This document shows, one piece after another, positions 9,878 to 21,818 of a stretch of 64,000 bases of DNA. The position numbers and the translations under genes were made by a program. Source of the DNA: a bacterium (GTDB taxonomy: Bacteria; SM23-31); assembly GCA_965249485.1 (NCBI GenBank), contig OZ252239.1:928001-992000 (forward strand), read 5' to 3'. Positions within the stretch are counted from its first letter, which is position 1. Every line of letters starts with the position of its first letter. A model generated the notes under the pieces. It was not told where the DNA came from. It saw nothing but the letters and a program-made list of their open reading frames with translations, and ran no database searches.

Positions 9878-11413
9878 TTACCATGGCAATGGCGCAACAC
9901 GAGGGAGTTTTTCATCCCGCATAGCTGCATGATATACAAAAGTTGCAAGAATTACCGTATTTGCCATGAGGTCTTCCGGCACAAGACGGTCATACACATC
10001 CATGTTGGAGTGGTATCGGCGGCCGTCCATTCTGTCCTGCAGGAAGTAAAAACCAGGAAGTCCTACCTCATCATATGCTTCATGTGCCGTTCCGGTCGAA
10101 AAGAGATGTCTCATTCCCAGGTTGTGAAGCGGCTTTATCCATTCAGTAAAGATCGACCGGATCAATTCATTACCCATAATGTTCAGACCCTTTATTCGTG
10201 CGGCGCCATTATCGACGTTAAAATATGCAGACACTTTATGATAATCTGGCTTATATTCCCGTTTTTCCAGGTCGGCAAAATTTTTCCGGACGTGACTCCG
10301 GTTGCCAAACAAACCCATTTCATGTCCACCCCAGAGTCCAATTCGTATCGTTCTCCGCGGTTTGATCCCGAGTGCCTTGAAGATACGAACTACTTCCATG
10401 GAAACAACGGTACCCGCGCCATCATCAGTTGCACCTGTCCCGACGGGCTCCGACTGAAGATGTCCGCCCACTACAACTATTTCATCTGCCAGGTCTGTTC
10501 CGGGGATCTCTGCAACAACATTATAATCATTCGGATCGTCTCTGGGGAAATCAACTTTAATTTCGACTTCCAATTCCACTGGGATCCCTTTTTCGAGAAT
10601 GCGTATAATTCTGTTATAATGTTCCGCCGCCATAATGATCTCTCTGATGGGTGGTGGAGCATCCGTATCCCACATCCGATTTGTCATGGCATATCCCCCA
10701 ACCGCTGTATCGACTGTGCCGAAGTCATTTTTTCCATCTGTTCGGGCAACCATATAGGCACCTGCTGCGAATAACATGTCGATTTTCTGCTCCTGCGACA
10801 GTCCGGCATTACGGCGTCTACGCTCGCGAACAACAGGAGGGCCGATCGGAGTTTTCGCCATCTCGTCCAATTCTTCTTCGGTATATGGTTGTGTCATCGG
10901 CTCAAAATGTGGTGTTATTATCTGTTTCGGCTGCATGAATACGATTTTATCCCGAATGGTGCCCCGGTATGTATCAAGGTCCGATTCAGTGTTAATATCA
11001 TCAAGATTAATATGGATTGCCTGTGCCTGCTTTTTTCCGTCTGTTCCGGCAGACCAGGCAGCAGGATACGCAATGATAGGCATGTACTGGGGGGCCATCA
11101 TGTGGATGGATGTGTATAAATTTTCCCAGCCTACACCAAATTCGAACGGTTCAAGCCGCACATTTGAGAGTCCATACTCTTCCAGTTTTCCTTTAGCCCA
11201 CTGAGCGGCTGCATTATAACCGGAAGATTTCGAGTTCCGGGGCCCATACACATCGGTTATCCAGCTGGCATTCTCCATCACTTCAGAGCGTTCAAACGCT
11301 TCGTCCATGATCTTATCAATGACATCCCAGTGAACCGGTTCTTGTGCAATAACAGTTGTAGTCAAGATAACTGTTAAAAACAACGCCACCATGGATCTGT
11401 AATATTTATTCAT
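9878..11413 (-). CDS. M28-family metallohydrolase (carboxypeptidase Q-like, PA domain), paralogue 1
   Basis: Signal peptide; GGHLQ, GATDD, WGGHEMG, YFNVD, YHSNMD motifs. Confidence 0.85.
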   Translation of the reverse strand: MNKYYRSMVALFLTVILTTTVIAQEPVHWDVIDKIMDEAFERSEVMENASWITDVYGPRNSKSSGYNAAAQWAKGKLEEYGLSNVRLEPFEFGVGWENLYTSIHMMAPQYMPIIAYPAAWSAGTDGKKQAQAIHINLDDINTESDLDTYRGTIRDKIVFMQPKQIITPHFEPMTQPYTEEELDEMAKTPIGPPVVRERRRRNAGLSQEQKIDMLFAAGAYMVARTDGKNDFGTVDTAVGGYAMTNRMWDTDAPPPIREIIMAAEHYNRIIRILEKGIPVELEVEIKVDFPRDDPNDYNVVAEIPGTDLADEIVVVGGHLQSEPVGTGATDDGAGTVVSMEVVRIFKALGIKPRRTIRIGLWGGHEMGLFGNRSHVRKNFADLEKREYKPDYHKVSAYFNVDNGAARIKGLNIMGNELIRSIFTEWIKPLHNLGMRHLFSTGTAHEAYDEVGLPGFYFLQDRMDGRRYHSNMDVYDRLVPEDLMANTVILATFVYHAAMRDEKLPRVAPLPW

Positions 11414-11546
11414 TGTAGTCCTCTCCTCTAAATTTGAATATTATTATTACCAAAGTTTTTCAATTTCACAGATAATGTCTGTTCACAATATTCTCCACTA
11501 CTTTTATTGATTGCTTCAATAGTTGAATAGTCTTCATATGCTCTCA

Positions 11547-13148
11547 CTACCACGGTAATTGCGCTACTCTGGGGAGTTTTTCATCACGCATGGCTGTATG
11601 ATATACAAACGTTGCAATGATGGCAACATTTGTCATCGTGTTTTCCGGAAAAGTACGGTCTAACATGTCCATGTTTGTATGAGCATTCGTTTCCATATCT
11701 CTTCTGTCCTGATAAAAATAAAATCCCGGCAATCCGACTTCGGCATATGCTTCATGGTAACCGGGATTACCACCGATGGGCAATCCACCGGGAATCAGGT
11801 GTCTCATTCCCAGGCTATGTAACGGCTTCATCCATTCGGTAAATATTGACCGTATCTCTTCATTTCCCATGACAGATACAGCCCGTATCTTACCGGTACC
11901 ATGATCTGAATCAAAGTACGCTGAAAGATTGTGATAATCCTTTTTATATTCTTTGGTAGTCGGATCTGCAAAGTTTTTGCTGACATGACTTCGGTTACCT
12001 GCTAATCCTGCACCATCATGTCCACCCCAGAGGCCCATCCGAACAGTCCGCCGTGGTTGAAGCCCTAATTTTTTGAAGATGCGTGCAACCTCCATTGCAG
12101 TAGCTGCACCGACAGCGTTATCAGTCGCGCCGGTACCCACAGGTACAGATTGAAGATGACCGCCAAAAACAACTAATTCATGCGCCAAATCGGTGCCAGG
12201 AATCTCGGCAATAACACTATGGTCATTCGGATCACCTCTGAAAAAGTTTGTTCTGATTTCGATTACCATTTCGACAGGAATGCCTTTTTCCAGTATTCGT
12301 ACAACCCGGTTATATTGTTCCACTGCCAAAACAAGCTCTGTGGGTTGGGTAGGTGCATCCCCTTCCCAAAGCCGTGCAATTCTATTGTATCTACCGATAG
12401 CGACAGTTCCGAAATCGTGCTGTCTATCCGGGTGTGCAATAGCAGTAGCACCTTCGGTAATTACAAAATCGATAATTTGTTGGATCGTCAGTTTGTCTTC
12501 ACTGGTATCAGGTCTCGTCCGATTTTGTCTTTGTAATTCAATATCCAATACAGACATTTCCGGAGTAATGGGAATTTTCGCTATTTCATCGAGCTGCTCT
12601 TCAGTGAATATTGTAGCTATTGGTTCAAAATGGGGTGAGAGTTTCTGTTCTGGCCTGATAAATATAATGGTGTTCTTTAATGTTCCTCGGTATTGTTCCA
12701 AATCTGTTTCAGAAATAAGTTCGTCAAAGTTAATATACATGGCATTGGCCCGGATTTTTCCATCTGTTCCGGACGACCACGGCGCAGGATAGGCGATAAG
12801 CGGCATATATTGGGGAGCCATCATGTGTACTGAGGTATAACCAATATTCCAACCGGCACCGAATTCGTACGGCTCAAGTCTGGCATTCGTGAGGCCATTC
12901 TCTTTGAGCCGGTCTCGAGCCCATTCTGCAGCTGCACGGTATGAAGGCGTCTTCACATTCCGAGGCCCGAATACATCAGCCAGCCAACTGGCATTTTCCA
13001 TAACCTGAGAATTATTAAAAGCTTCTTCCATTATTTTATCTACAACATCCCAGTAGACCGGTTCCTGTGCTAATGCTGATGACATTAAAAGAACTGTTAA
13101 CAACATTACGACGATGTTGTGATAGAGAATGCGCATTATATTCCTCAT
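11547..13148 (-). CDS. M28-family metallohydrolase, paralogue 2
   Basis: GGHLQ, GATDN, WGGHDG, AHTNMD motifs; close paralogue of 28614..30203. Confidence 0.85.
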   Translation of the reverse strand: MRNIMRILYHNIVVMLLTVLLMSSALAQEPVYWDVVDKIMEEAFNNSQVMENASWLADVFGPRNVKTPSYRAAAEWARDRLKENGLTNARLEPYEFGAGWNIGYTSVHMMAPQYMPLIAYPAPWSSGTDGKIRANAMYINFDELISETDLEQYRGTLKNTIIFIRPEQKLSPHFEPIATIFTEEQLDEIAKIPITPEMSVLDIELQRQNRTRPDTSEDKLTIQQIIDFVITEGATAIAHPDRQHDFGTVAIGRYNRIARLWEGDAPTQPTELVLAVEQYNRVVRILEKGIPVEMVIEIRTNFFRGDPNDHSVIAEIPGTDLAHELVVFGGHLQSVPVGTGATDNAVGAATAMEVARIFKKLGLQPRRTVRMGLWGGHDGAGLAGNRSHVSKNFADPTTKEYKKDYHNLSAYFDSDHGTGKIRAVSVMGNEEIRSIFTEWMKPLHSLGMRHLIPGGLPIGGNPGYHEAYAEVGLPGFYFYQDRRDMETNAHTNMDMLDRTFPENTMTNVAIIATFVYHTAMRDEKLPRVAQLPW

Positions 13149-13169
13149 ATTTTATGTTGAAATGTCACC

Positions 13170-14720
13170 TTACCATGGCAGTGGTGCAACTCTGGGGAGT
13201 TTTTCATCACGCATTGCCGTATGATACACAAATGATGCTAAAACAACCGAAGCTTGCATTAGGCCTTCAGGAACAAGCCTCTCATATGTATCCATATTAC
13301 TATGGGAATTCATGTCGTCGATCTCTTTTCTGTCATGGTCAAAATAAAAGCTCAGCAAACCAACTTCCCTGTATGCTTCATGCTCCATACTGGTAGTATA
13401 CAAATGTGTCATACCCAAGTTTTTCAACGGCTTTATCCATTCGGATAATATTGATCTGAGTACTTCATTACCCATAACGGAGATTCCCCGTATTCTGCCG
13501 GTTCCTATATCAATATTGTAATATGCGGAGAGGTTATCATAATCCTTTTTGTATTCTTTCGTTACCGGATCAGCAAAGTTTTCCCGAACATGAGCCCGGT
13601 TGCCGATCGTACCCATTTCGTGTCCGCCCCAGAATCCCATCCGGATCGTTCGCCTGGGCTTGATTCCAATCGCCATAAGAGTTCGTGCTGCTTCCAGTGT
13701 AGCCAAGACACCCGCACCATTATCAATGGCACCGGTCCCGGCTGGATTCGCCTGAAGATGCCCGCCAAAAAGGACTATTTCATCCGCCAGGTCGAAACCG
13801 GGAATCTCAGCAATGACATTATAGTCATATGGCCCCTCTCTATTAAAAGAGACACGCACTTCCACTTCAATTTCAACCGGAATACCTTTTTCCAGAATTC
13901 GCATTATCCTGTTGTAATGTTCAGCGATCATTATTAGCTCTGTGGGATTTGGTTGCGCTCCCTGATCCCAGGGTCGTGTTTCCATCGTATATCGTGAATT
14001 CTCAACTCTGACAGATCCATAACTGCTTTGCCCATCTGTACGAATGATTGCCACTGCACCTTCACCAAACACAAAGTCGATAATTTGCTGTCTCGATAGT
14101 CCATCGCCTTCCGACCTGCGGCCGCGGCGCTCTTGCGTGACGGGAGCGCCAATAAGGATTTTCGACCTTTCATCAAGCTCCTCATCGGATATTCTCTCAA
14201 TAAGCGGCGTAAACCTGTGTGTGATCTCCTGTTTTGGCATAGTGAATATGATAGCATTGTGCAGATTACCGCGGTACTGCTCGAGATCAGATTCTGAAGC
14301 GATCTCATCGAAATTGACATAAACGACCGGGCCCCGGACTTTTCCATTGGTACCTTTGGACCATAATGCGGGATAGGCAACGATTTGCATGTACCGTGGA
14401 GACATCATGTGGACCGAAGTGTATGTATTATCCCAGCCAACGCCAAATTCATACGGTTCCAAATGTGCGTTTGGCACACCATACTCATCCAATTTTTTCT
14501 TCACCCATTCAGCCGCCGCATAATAACCCGGCGTTTTTGCACCCCGCGGACCAAAGACGTCGGTCAGCCAGCTGGCATTCTCCATGACTTCGTTATTTGT
14601 AAACGATTCATCCATGATTTTCTGCACAACATCATAGTGTACTTTTTCCTGTGCATCAGCGGAGACTGCTGCAGTAAGCAATATAATTAATCCAGCTACG
14701 TATATACATTGAGCTTTCAT
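13170..14720 (-). CDS. M28-family metallohydrolase, paralogue 3
   Basis: Start moved to MKAQCI (GGAGG RBS upstream); GGHLQ, GAIDN, WGGHEMG, SHSNMD. Confidence 0.85.
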   Translation of the reverse strand: MKAQCIYVAGLIILLTAAVSADAQEKVHYDVVQKIMDESFTNNEVMENASWLTDVFGPRGAKTPGYYAAAEWVKKKLDEYGVPNAHLEPYEFGVGWDNTYTSVHMMSPRYMQIVAYPALWSKGTNGKVRGPVVYVNFDEIASESDLEQYRGNLHNAIIFTMPKQEITHRFTPLIERISDEELDERSKILIGAPVTQERRGRRSEGDGLSRQQIIDFVFGEGAVAIIRTDGQSSYGSVRVENSRYTMETRPWDQGAQPNPTELIMIAEHYNRIMRILEKGIPVEIEVEVRVSFNREGPYDYNVIAEIPGFDLADEIVLFGGHLQANPAGTGAIDNGAGVLATLEAARTLMAIGIKPRRTIRMGFWGGHEMGTIGNRAHVRENFADPVTKEYKKDYDNLSAYYNIDIGTGRIRGISVMGNEVLRSILSEWIKPLKNLGMTHLYTTSMEHEAYREVGLLSFYFDHDRKEIDDMNSHSNMDTYERLVPEGLMQASVVLASFVYHTAMRDEKLPRVAPLPW

Positions 14721-14760
14721 AGTACTGTATACCTCCTGCTCTATAATCAAATAAAATTTC

Positions 14761-16323
14761 TTATCGCATCGGCATAGGCGCAATGCGGGGGAGCATTTCA
14801 TCACGCATTGCGGCATGATATGCAAGACTCGCCATGACAACTGCTGACTGCATCATATCTTCCGGTATAAGGCGGTCATATACATCCATGTTGGTATGAG
14901 CATTTCTGTTATCTAAATTAAATAATTCCTGCAGAAAGGAAAATCCCGGCAGACCGACTACTGAAAATCTCCGGTCTTCCGAGCCAACTACTTCCGGTAT
15001 AAGATGGGTCATTCCGAGACGATGCAGCGGTTTCAGCCATTCGGTGAAGATCGGACGCACCTGTTCATTTCCCTGAAGGAATATCCCACGAAACCTGCCG
15101 GTTCCGTGATCGGTGTTAAAGTAAACGGATAATTTAGCATGTTCCGGTTTATATATTTGTGTTTCCGGATCACCGAAGTGGGTGAGCACATAATTGCGGG
15201 AACCGAAATTGCCCATCTCATGTGCACCCCAGAGCCCGATGCGAATAGTACGCCGGGGCTCCACTCCGATTGCTTTGAGAATTCGCAATGCTTCCATACA
15301 AACTGCAACACCGGCGACATCATCAATTGCGCCGGAACCTGCAGGATCAGCCTGAAGATGTGCCCCGAACATCACTACCTCATCAGCCAGGTCAGTCCCC
15401 GGAAGCTCTGCAACGACATTGTAATCGGTAAGGTCGTTATCAATAAAATTTACACGTATTTCAACCTCCATTTCAACAGGAATTCCTTTTTCCATTATTC
15501 TGAGTATCCGGTTATAATGCTCTGCAAGTACAACCAATTCAGTTATAGGAGGAAGAGAATCCTTTTCCCATAAACGATTTTCAAGGGCATACCCTTCGAT
15601 TCCGACATCGACAACACCATATCCATTTGTCTGGCCATCATGATGTGCAATCGCCAATGCACCTTCTTCAAACACAAAAGCGATTTTCTCATTGTCTGTC
15701 AGTCTGTTATCGTCACTTCTTAACCTTCTCCGTTCACCGGAATCACTGGGACCGATAGTGATTTTTGCCATTTCATCAAGCTGTTCTTCTGTAAATCTGT
15801 CTGCTATGTGATCAAAATGGGGTGGCACACTCAATTCCGGCAACGTAAATACGATTTTATTTCTCAGTTTTCCCCGGTATGGGTTCAGATCAGCTTCGGT
15901 ATTGATTTCATCAAAGTTGACAAAAATTACCGATGCCCTGATTTTTCCATCTGTTCCGGCAGACCATGGAGCGGGATACGCTATCATCTGCATATACTGA
16001 GGTGACATCATGTGTACCGACGCGTACTCCTTCTCCCAGCCTATACCAAACTCAAACGGTTCAAGAGCAGCATTCGATAAGCCGTACTCTTCTAAACGCT
16101 CTTTAGTCCAACCAGCGGCCGCATGATATGATGATGAATTTGCGTTTCGTGGCCCAAAAACATCAGTCAGCCAGCTTGCAGTGTCCATAACATGCGAATT
16201 TTCGAAGCCTTCAGTTATAATCTTATCCACAGCATCCCAGTATAATTTTTCCTGTGGGAATGCGGAATGTGCAGTGAGAAAAAGCAATAATAATCCTGCA
16301 CTTACAATGCGTTGTAATTTCAT
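14761..16323 (-). CDS. M28-family metallohydrolase, paralogue 4
   Basis: GAHLQ, GAIDD, WGAHEMG, AHTNMD. Confidence 0.85.
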   Translation of the reverse strand: MKLQRIVSAGLLLLFLTAHSAFPQEKLYWDAVDKIITEGFENSHVMDTASWLTDVFGPRNANSSSYHAAAGWTKERLEEYGLSNAALEPFEFGIGWEKEYASVHMMSPQYMQMIAYPAPWSAGTDGKIRASVIFVNFDEINTEADLNPYRGKLRNKIVFTLPELSVPPHFDHIADRFTEEQLDEMAKITIGPSDSGERRRLRSDDNRLTDNEKIAFVFEEGALAIAHHDGQTNGYGVVDVGIEGYALENRLWEKDSLPPITELVVLAEHYNRILRIMEKGIPVEMEVEIRVNFIDNDLTDYNVVAELPGTDLADEVVMFGAHLQADPAGSGAIDDVAGVAVCMEALRILKAIGVEPRRTIRIGLWGAHEMGNFGSRNYVLTHFGDPETQIYKPEHAKLSVYFNTDHGTGRFRGIFLQGNEQVRPIFTEWLKPLHRLGMTHLIPEVVGSEDRRFSVVGLPGFSFLQELFNLDNRNAHTNMDVYDRLIPEDMMQSAVVMASLAYHAAMRDEMLPRIAPMPMR

Positions 16324-16356
16324 TGTACGCCCCTATAAATTATTTGATATAATATA

Positions 16357-17898
16357 TTACCAGGGTTTTGGTGCGAACCGGGGAAGTCTTTCATCACGCA
16401 TGGCAGCATGATATGCAAACGTCGCAATCATGACAGCATTTGCAATAAGATCTTCCTCAACGAGACGGTCATAAGAATCCATATTGGAATGGTATTGGCG
16501 GCTATCCATTCTGTCCTGTATAAAATAGTAACTCGGCAGGCCAACTGCATCATATGCTTCATGGACCATTCCATACGGGATAAGATGAGTCATGCCGAGA
16601 TTATGGAGCGGTTTCATCCATTCTGTAAATATGGCACGAAGTTGTGCATTACCCTGGATAGGAACACCACGTATCCTGCCACTGCCATGGTCGATATTAA
16701 AATATGCGGACAGGTTATCATAATCTTTTTTATATTCCTTTGTTTCCGGATCGGCAAAGTATTTCCGGACATGAGCCCGGTTTCCGAATACACCCATTTC
16801 ATGCCCACCAAAGAGAGCTATCCGGATAGTCCGGCGGGGTTGGATTCCGAGCGCTTTGAGAATACGTACAGCTTCCATGCAGACAACAACACCGGCAGCA
16901 TCATCGGCTGCGCCGCCCCCTGCTGGATTTGCCTGGAGATGCCCGCCCAAGAGGACAATTTCCTCTGCAAGGTCAGTACCTGGAATTTCGGCAACTACAT
17001 TGTAATCTGTCAGGTCATCACGGTTAAATGAGACGTTAAGCTCAACCTCCAACTCAACAGGGATATCCTTTTCCAGAATACGCATGATCCGGTTATACTG
17101 TTCAGTTGACATAACCAGTTCGGTAGGAGGGGAGGGAGCATCCACTTCCCACAGCCTGTTATCCAATGTATAACGATTGTTCTCGACAGCGACAGTCCCA
17201 AAATCATTTCTACCGTCCGTTCGTACAATAGCTGCCGCGTCTTCGCCAAATACAAAATCGAGGATTTTCTGCTTTGAAAGCCTTTCCGGACGAGAACTCC
17301 TTCTTCGCTCCTCTGTAACCCGGGGACCGATAGGAATTTTCGCCATCTCATCAAGCTGTTCTTTGGTATAGCGTGTTGCGGTTGGATCAAAATGAGGTGT
17401 TAATGTTCGTATAGGTTCAGTTAAGACAACCGCATTGCGAAGTTTTCCGCGGTACGGCCGAAGGTCTGCTTCCGAAGTAATTTCTCCAAAATTAATGTAA
17501 ACTGCCTGCCCTCTGACTTTGCCGTTGGTTCCCGCCGACCATGTCGCGGGATATGCAATAATCGGCATGTACTGGGGAGACATCATATGGACCGAAATAT
17601 ATTCATTCACGTAGCCGACCCCGAATTCATACGGTTCCAACTCAGCATTCGATAACCCATATTCCTGTAGTCGCTCTTTCACCCATTCAGCCGACGCAAT
17701 GTATCCGGGAGATTTTGCATTCCTCGGTGCAAATACATCCACAATCCAACTTGCATTCTCCATGACATCGGAGTTTGTGAAAGCTTCATCCATGATCTTG
17801 TCGACAATATCCCAGTGGACAGGTTCCTGTGCATGAATAGGAAATACTGACGTAAGCAGCAGCAATAACATCCCGGTACAAATACATTTTGATTTCAT
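16357..17898 (-). CDS. M28-family metallohydrolase, paralogue 5
   Basis: Start moved to MKSKCI (GGAGG RBS); GGHLQ, GAADD, FGGHEMG, YHSNMD. Confidence 0.85.
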   Translation of the reverse strand: MKSKCICTGMLLLLLTSVFPIHAQEPVHWDIVDKIMDEAFTNSDVMENASWIVDVFAPRNAKSPGYIASAEWVKERLQEYGLSNAELEPYEFGVGYVNEYISVHMMSPQYMPIIAYPATWSAGTNGKVRGQAVYINFGEITSEADLRPYRGKLRNAVVLTEPIRTLTPHFDPTATRYTKEQLDEMAKIPIGPRVTEERRRSSRPERLSKQKILDFVFGEDAAAIVRTDGRNDFGTVAVENNRYTLDNRLWEVDAPSPPTELVMSTEQYNRIMRILEKDIPVELEVELNVSFNRDDLTDYNVVAEIPGTDLAEEIVLLGGHLQANPAGGGAADDAAGVVVCMEAVRILKALGIQPRRTIRIALFGGHEMGVFGNRAHVRKYFADPETKEYKKDYDNLSAYFNIDHGSGRIRGVPIQGNAQLRAIFTEWMKPLHNLGMTHLIPYGMVHEAYDAVGLPSYYFIQDRMDSRQYHSNMDSYDRLVEEDLIANAVMIATFAYHAAMRDERLPRFAPKPW

Positions 17899-17921
17899 AG
17901 AAAATCCCTCCTGCAACAATG

Positions 17922-18000
17922 AATATGTTCAATTAATTTCGGACACCACATGTTTAATAGTACCTATTGAATATTGATTTTACAAGTGTTTTTTATTCCA
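17922..18000 (-). promoter_or_regulatory. Dispersed promoter element, copy A (head of the five-gene M28 array)
   Basis: Minus strand AAACAC-TTGTAA (17980-17985)-N17-TACTAT (17957-17962), then TGTCCGA. Boxes are degenerate. Confidence 0.65.
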
Positions 18001-18269
18001 CTCTATGCTGATTCGCAAAATATGCAAATTCATAGTCATGAGGTTGATTAAAAAACCTCAAAGATGAGTGATTGAGGTTTTATATTCTACTTCATTTTCA
18101 ATTTATACAGATTGTTATTCTCACTAAATTTTTGTATATTACTTCAATAGTTTTTGAAACGTTGTTCAACAGCAGTCAAAGACGAATCCTGGAGTAGGAT
18201 ACTGTTCGCCGGAACATGATCCTGATCCGGGTTTTTGTATTTTGTCTGCATTTTTTATTGGATGTTGTC

Positions 18270-18860
18270 ATGGGAACATCATAGTTTTTTTCGTGGATAG
18301 CCGTGCCGTTGATGATCATTGTTGCACGAATTCTCGACGTGTCAATTGGTACGCTGCGTATCATATATTTAGCACAGCGACGTAAAATAATAGTTCCGAT
18401 ACTCGGGTTTGTTGAAATATTAATTTGGCTTATAGTTATTGGTCAGGTCATGCAGAACCTGACGAATCCTGTCTACTATATTGCCTATGCTGTGGGATTT
18501 GCAATCGGCAATTACATTGGAATCAGTCTTGAGGAAATGCTCGCAATGGGTAATCTCATGGTCAGAGTCGTGACACGGACCGACGATACGCGATTGATAA
18601 CCTCACTCCGGAACCATAACTACAAGGTAACAGTTGTTGATGCAGAGGGACAGATGGGACCGGTAAAAATCCTCTTCACCATCATCCGTAGAAAAGACAA
18701 AGACGATGTCCTCAAATATGTCAAAGAATTCAATCCCAGGTCATTCTATACAATCGAAGAAGTGCAGAAAGCGCAGGAAGACGGTGTATCACGAAACAGT
18801 CTCCGTTCGAAACAGCGCTATTACCGCTGGACCTTCTTCCGCCACCGTAAGGGGAAATAG
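18270..18860 (+). CDS. DUF2179/UPF0316-type membrane protein; in-frame TAG at 18282-18284 after the likely ATG
   Basis: 'ARILDVSIGTLR', 'GFVEILIW', 'YAVGFAIGNYIG'. ATG at 18270 is in frame with GTG at 18303 but interrupted by TAG. Confidence 0.75.
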
Positions 18861-18912
18861 GGATGGGTACCTTTCCTTAAATAGTCAGATTGTATTTAAA
18901 TTGAACTATAGG

Positions 18913-21234
18913 TTAGAATTCATATTCTAAACCGAAAATTGGCAATAAACTCCATTGATTAAAGGTATCTTGTTTATTTTCGAACTCATTCCAATAATAT
19001 GCTGCAATATTTTTTCGATTATATGCATTCCAGATACTGAAATATGTAATAAGGTTTGTCTTGTTGAAATGGAAGCGTCTGTCGAATCGGATATTTAACG
19101 AATGGTAATCCGCATACCGCACCTCATTGATCCTGTTTTGGTTAAAAACACCTCTGTTGATTGTTTCAGAAGCTTCTATATCAAACGGTGTATACGGCGC
19201 TCTGCCGGCATAAATCCATCGAATACTATACTCCCATTTATTATTGGGTTTATAGCCACCTTCTACACTGAATGTATATTGATTGTCGAAAACTCTATCT
19301 CTCCAGATTTCGTTATAATCACGATACCTCGTTCTAAAATATGATGCTCCCACTAATCCGTAAAAATCTTCCGCCAATTTTTTCTGAATCAATAATTCAA
19401 TACCGCGAGAATACGCTTTACCCGTATCAACGAGGTTATCATGGTTAAAAAACAATCCGAATCGATAGAATAATTCGTCTAAAACAAATAAAGATGGTGT
19501 GGTAGAGTCGAGTGGAAAATTTTTATATTCTTTATCATACAATTCGATCGTAAGCCTTGTATCGTCCGTGAGTAAATGATTGAGTCCTATTACGTAATGA
19601 TACGCAACCGGGTCTTTTAAGTTTTTATGCTTCTTGTTTTGAGAAAGGACGACCAAAGGAAGGTTCTGATAAAATATACCTGTTGAACCATTAAGTGAGG
19701 TCTTGTCGGTAATTCTGTAGGAAAGAGAAAACCTTGGTGCAATATGGTTATTCTCATTATATGAAAATAATCCAGACGAATTCCGGTAGTTGTCGTCAAT
19801 CTCTCCACAGGTTTCCACGTATAACTTACGAACGCGCCGTATTTCTCCGCTTTGATCTTATTATCTACCTGAAGCTCCGGAACGGGATTCCCTATTGTGT
19901 CTGTATAATCCGCATAAAAATAATCGTAGTTGCTAATAAAATGTTTTACATCTAAACCAAATTCGATCTGATTCGATTCATTGAGCCGGTAGTAGTTTAC
20001 ATTTCTGAACTGGAAAATCTGTTCAAATGATTCATTTTTGAAAAGTCTTGTATTTTTTGCGATTTCAGTGAAATCGGTCTTGTAGTCAACCGCAATATGT
20101 GAAACAGAAGTGTTGGAGTATCCATCTTTGCTCCAAAGTGACTGCCAGTTTACGCCAAACGAATTTTCTAACACATCGGTATCACCATAGACGGAACTCC
20201 CCATATCTTCTGCATCATCCCGTGTGAATCCAATATGATCAATACCTAATATGTTCAAAACGGACATTTTATTGTTTTGTGTAATATCATACACCAGTTT
20301 ACCCTGGTAATCACTAAATTTAGGAGCTACACCTGTACCAACTGCATCTACGAGTAAATCTACAAAACTCCTTCTTGCAGAAAAGAACACAGAGCCCTGT
20401 TTTTTTAAGATAGGCCCTTCGAGAATTATACCTGATCCCGCAAAATTCAATTCTAACTGTCCGTCGAATTCATCACGATTTCCTTCTCTGAAGGTTAAAT
20501 CCATTATGGATGACAACCGATCTCCATAAGCTGCCGAGAAGCCACCTGTATAAAAATTCACATCCTGAATAAAATCAACATTTACAATTCCGATTAGGGC
20601 CACCCGATGATCCTTGTGTCGGAAAATGGTTAATATTTGGAATTTCAATGTTGTCAATGAAAAAACTATTTTCTATTGGACTTCCTCCCCGAACGATCAA
20701 GCTGTTCAATTGGTCGTTGACTTTTGCCAGACTGGGAAGTCCCATAATAATCCGGCTCACATCCCCCGCCGAACCGGGGGCCCTGCGTATTTCTTCCGAA
20801 GAAAAATTAATTGCACTGGTCGGTTGATCTTGCACTTGAGAAAAATAACCTGCACTTACAATAGCTTCCTCGCTTATAATCGCCGATATTCTAAGTCCTG
20901 CAAGTACAAATGTAATTCGGTTCGATTTGACAATTATATCGGTTTTTGTATGTGATTCGTACCCAATGTAGCTAAATCGAAGAGTATAACTTCCTATCGG
21001 AACATTATGAATAGTAAAATTTCCTTCTAAATCAGTAGCAGCTCCCATCTGTGTGCCGGCAATAATAATATTTGTGCCAATAAGCGGTGTTTTTGTCGCA
21101 CCATCATTAACGTGCCCCTTTATTGTGCCAATTAAAACATTAGAATTTGATACTGTTTGACTAATTCCGTAATTTGTAATGACTAACGAAAGCATCATGG
21201 TAAGAATAAGCAAAAAGCACAATTTTGATCTCAT
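18913..21234 (-). pseudogene. TonB-dependent receptor split by two frameshifts
   Basis: Three consecutive overlapping ORFs give a CarboxypepD_reg-like N-terminus, a plug ('IVRGGSPIEN') and a barrel ending in 'GLEYEF'. Shifts at ~20594 (+1) and ~19765 (-1). Confidence 0.85.
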
Positions 21235-21575
21235 GATAACCTCTTGTATAAACGTTTAATCGACCGGATGTATAAGTGTAGAAGTGCTGTAATACATAAA
21301 TAAACTCTGTATGATTTCCTTCACCCTATTAAACATCGGCAAGAAGTAAAATATTCCAAAGCTAGTTAGTGATAGAGCGGGAGCGGTAGTCCCGATCCCA
21401 ATCCGGACCTAAAGGACTAACTCTGGGAGTATTCCTTCCTTATTCCTCTTGCATAAATAAGAAAAAGGTTGTACAAAATTCGAGCGATTTTGATTTGATA
21501 TTCCAATTAATGTAATCAAACATAATAATTAAAGTTTGTACATCGTCAGAACATGTTGGAGTGATTGGTATTGTT

Positions 21576-21818
21576 TTAATCGATTATGTACGTTGCTATC
21601 AAAGGGACTATATTAAAAAAAATTATTAATATTTTATACGTCCCAAGTAGTTTATAAAGGGTTATGTATAATGAATCTTCCGGCATTTTAAATATTTTTC
21701 CATGCATTTTACATATAATATTACGCATCATTGCTATCATAATGAAGCTCAAACATAATAATCCTGTATTAATTATTACACACCAAAATAGGAAGTCTTG
21801 AATCATCAATAATGACAT
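21576..21818 (-). CDS. Small membrane protein (DUF6868-like)
   Basis: 80 aa, 'FLFWCVIINTGLL...YKILIIFFNIVP'; AGGAGG RBS. Confidence 0.7.
   Translation of the reverse strand: MSLLMIQDFLFWCVIINTGLLCLSFIMIAMMRNIICKMHGKIFKMPEDSLYITLYKLLGTYKILIIFFNIVPLIATYIID

Noticed and set aside
21360..21450. Possible cobalamin-type riboswitch upstream of the TonB receptor pseudogene
   Set aside because: One short stem (tagtcc/ggacta) but no B12-box or other consensus.
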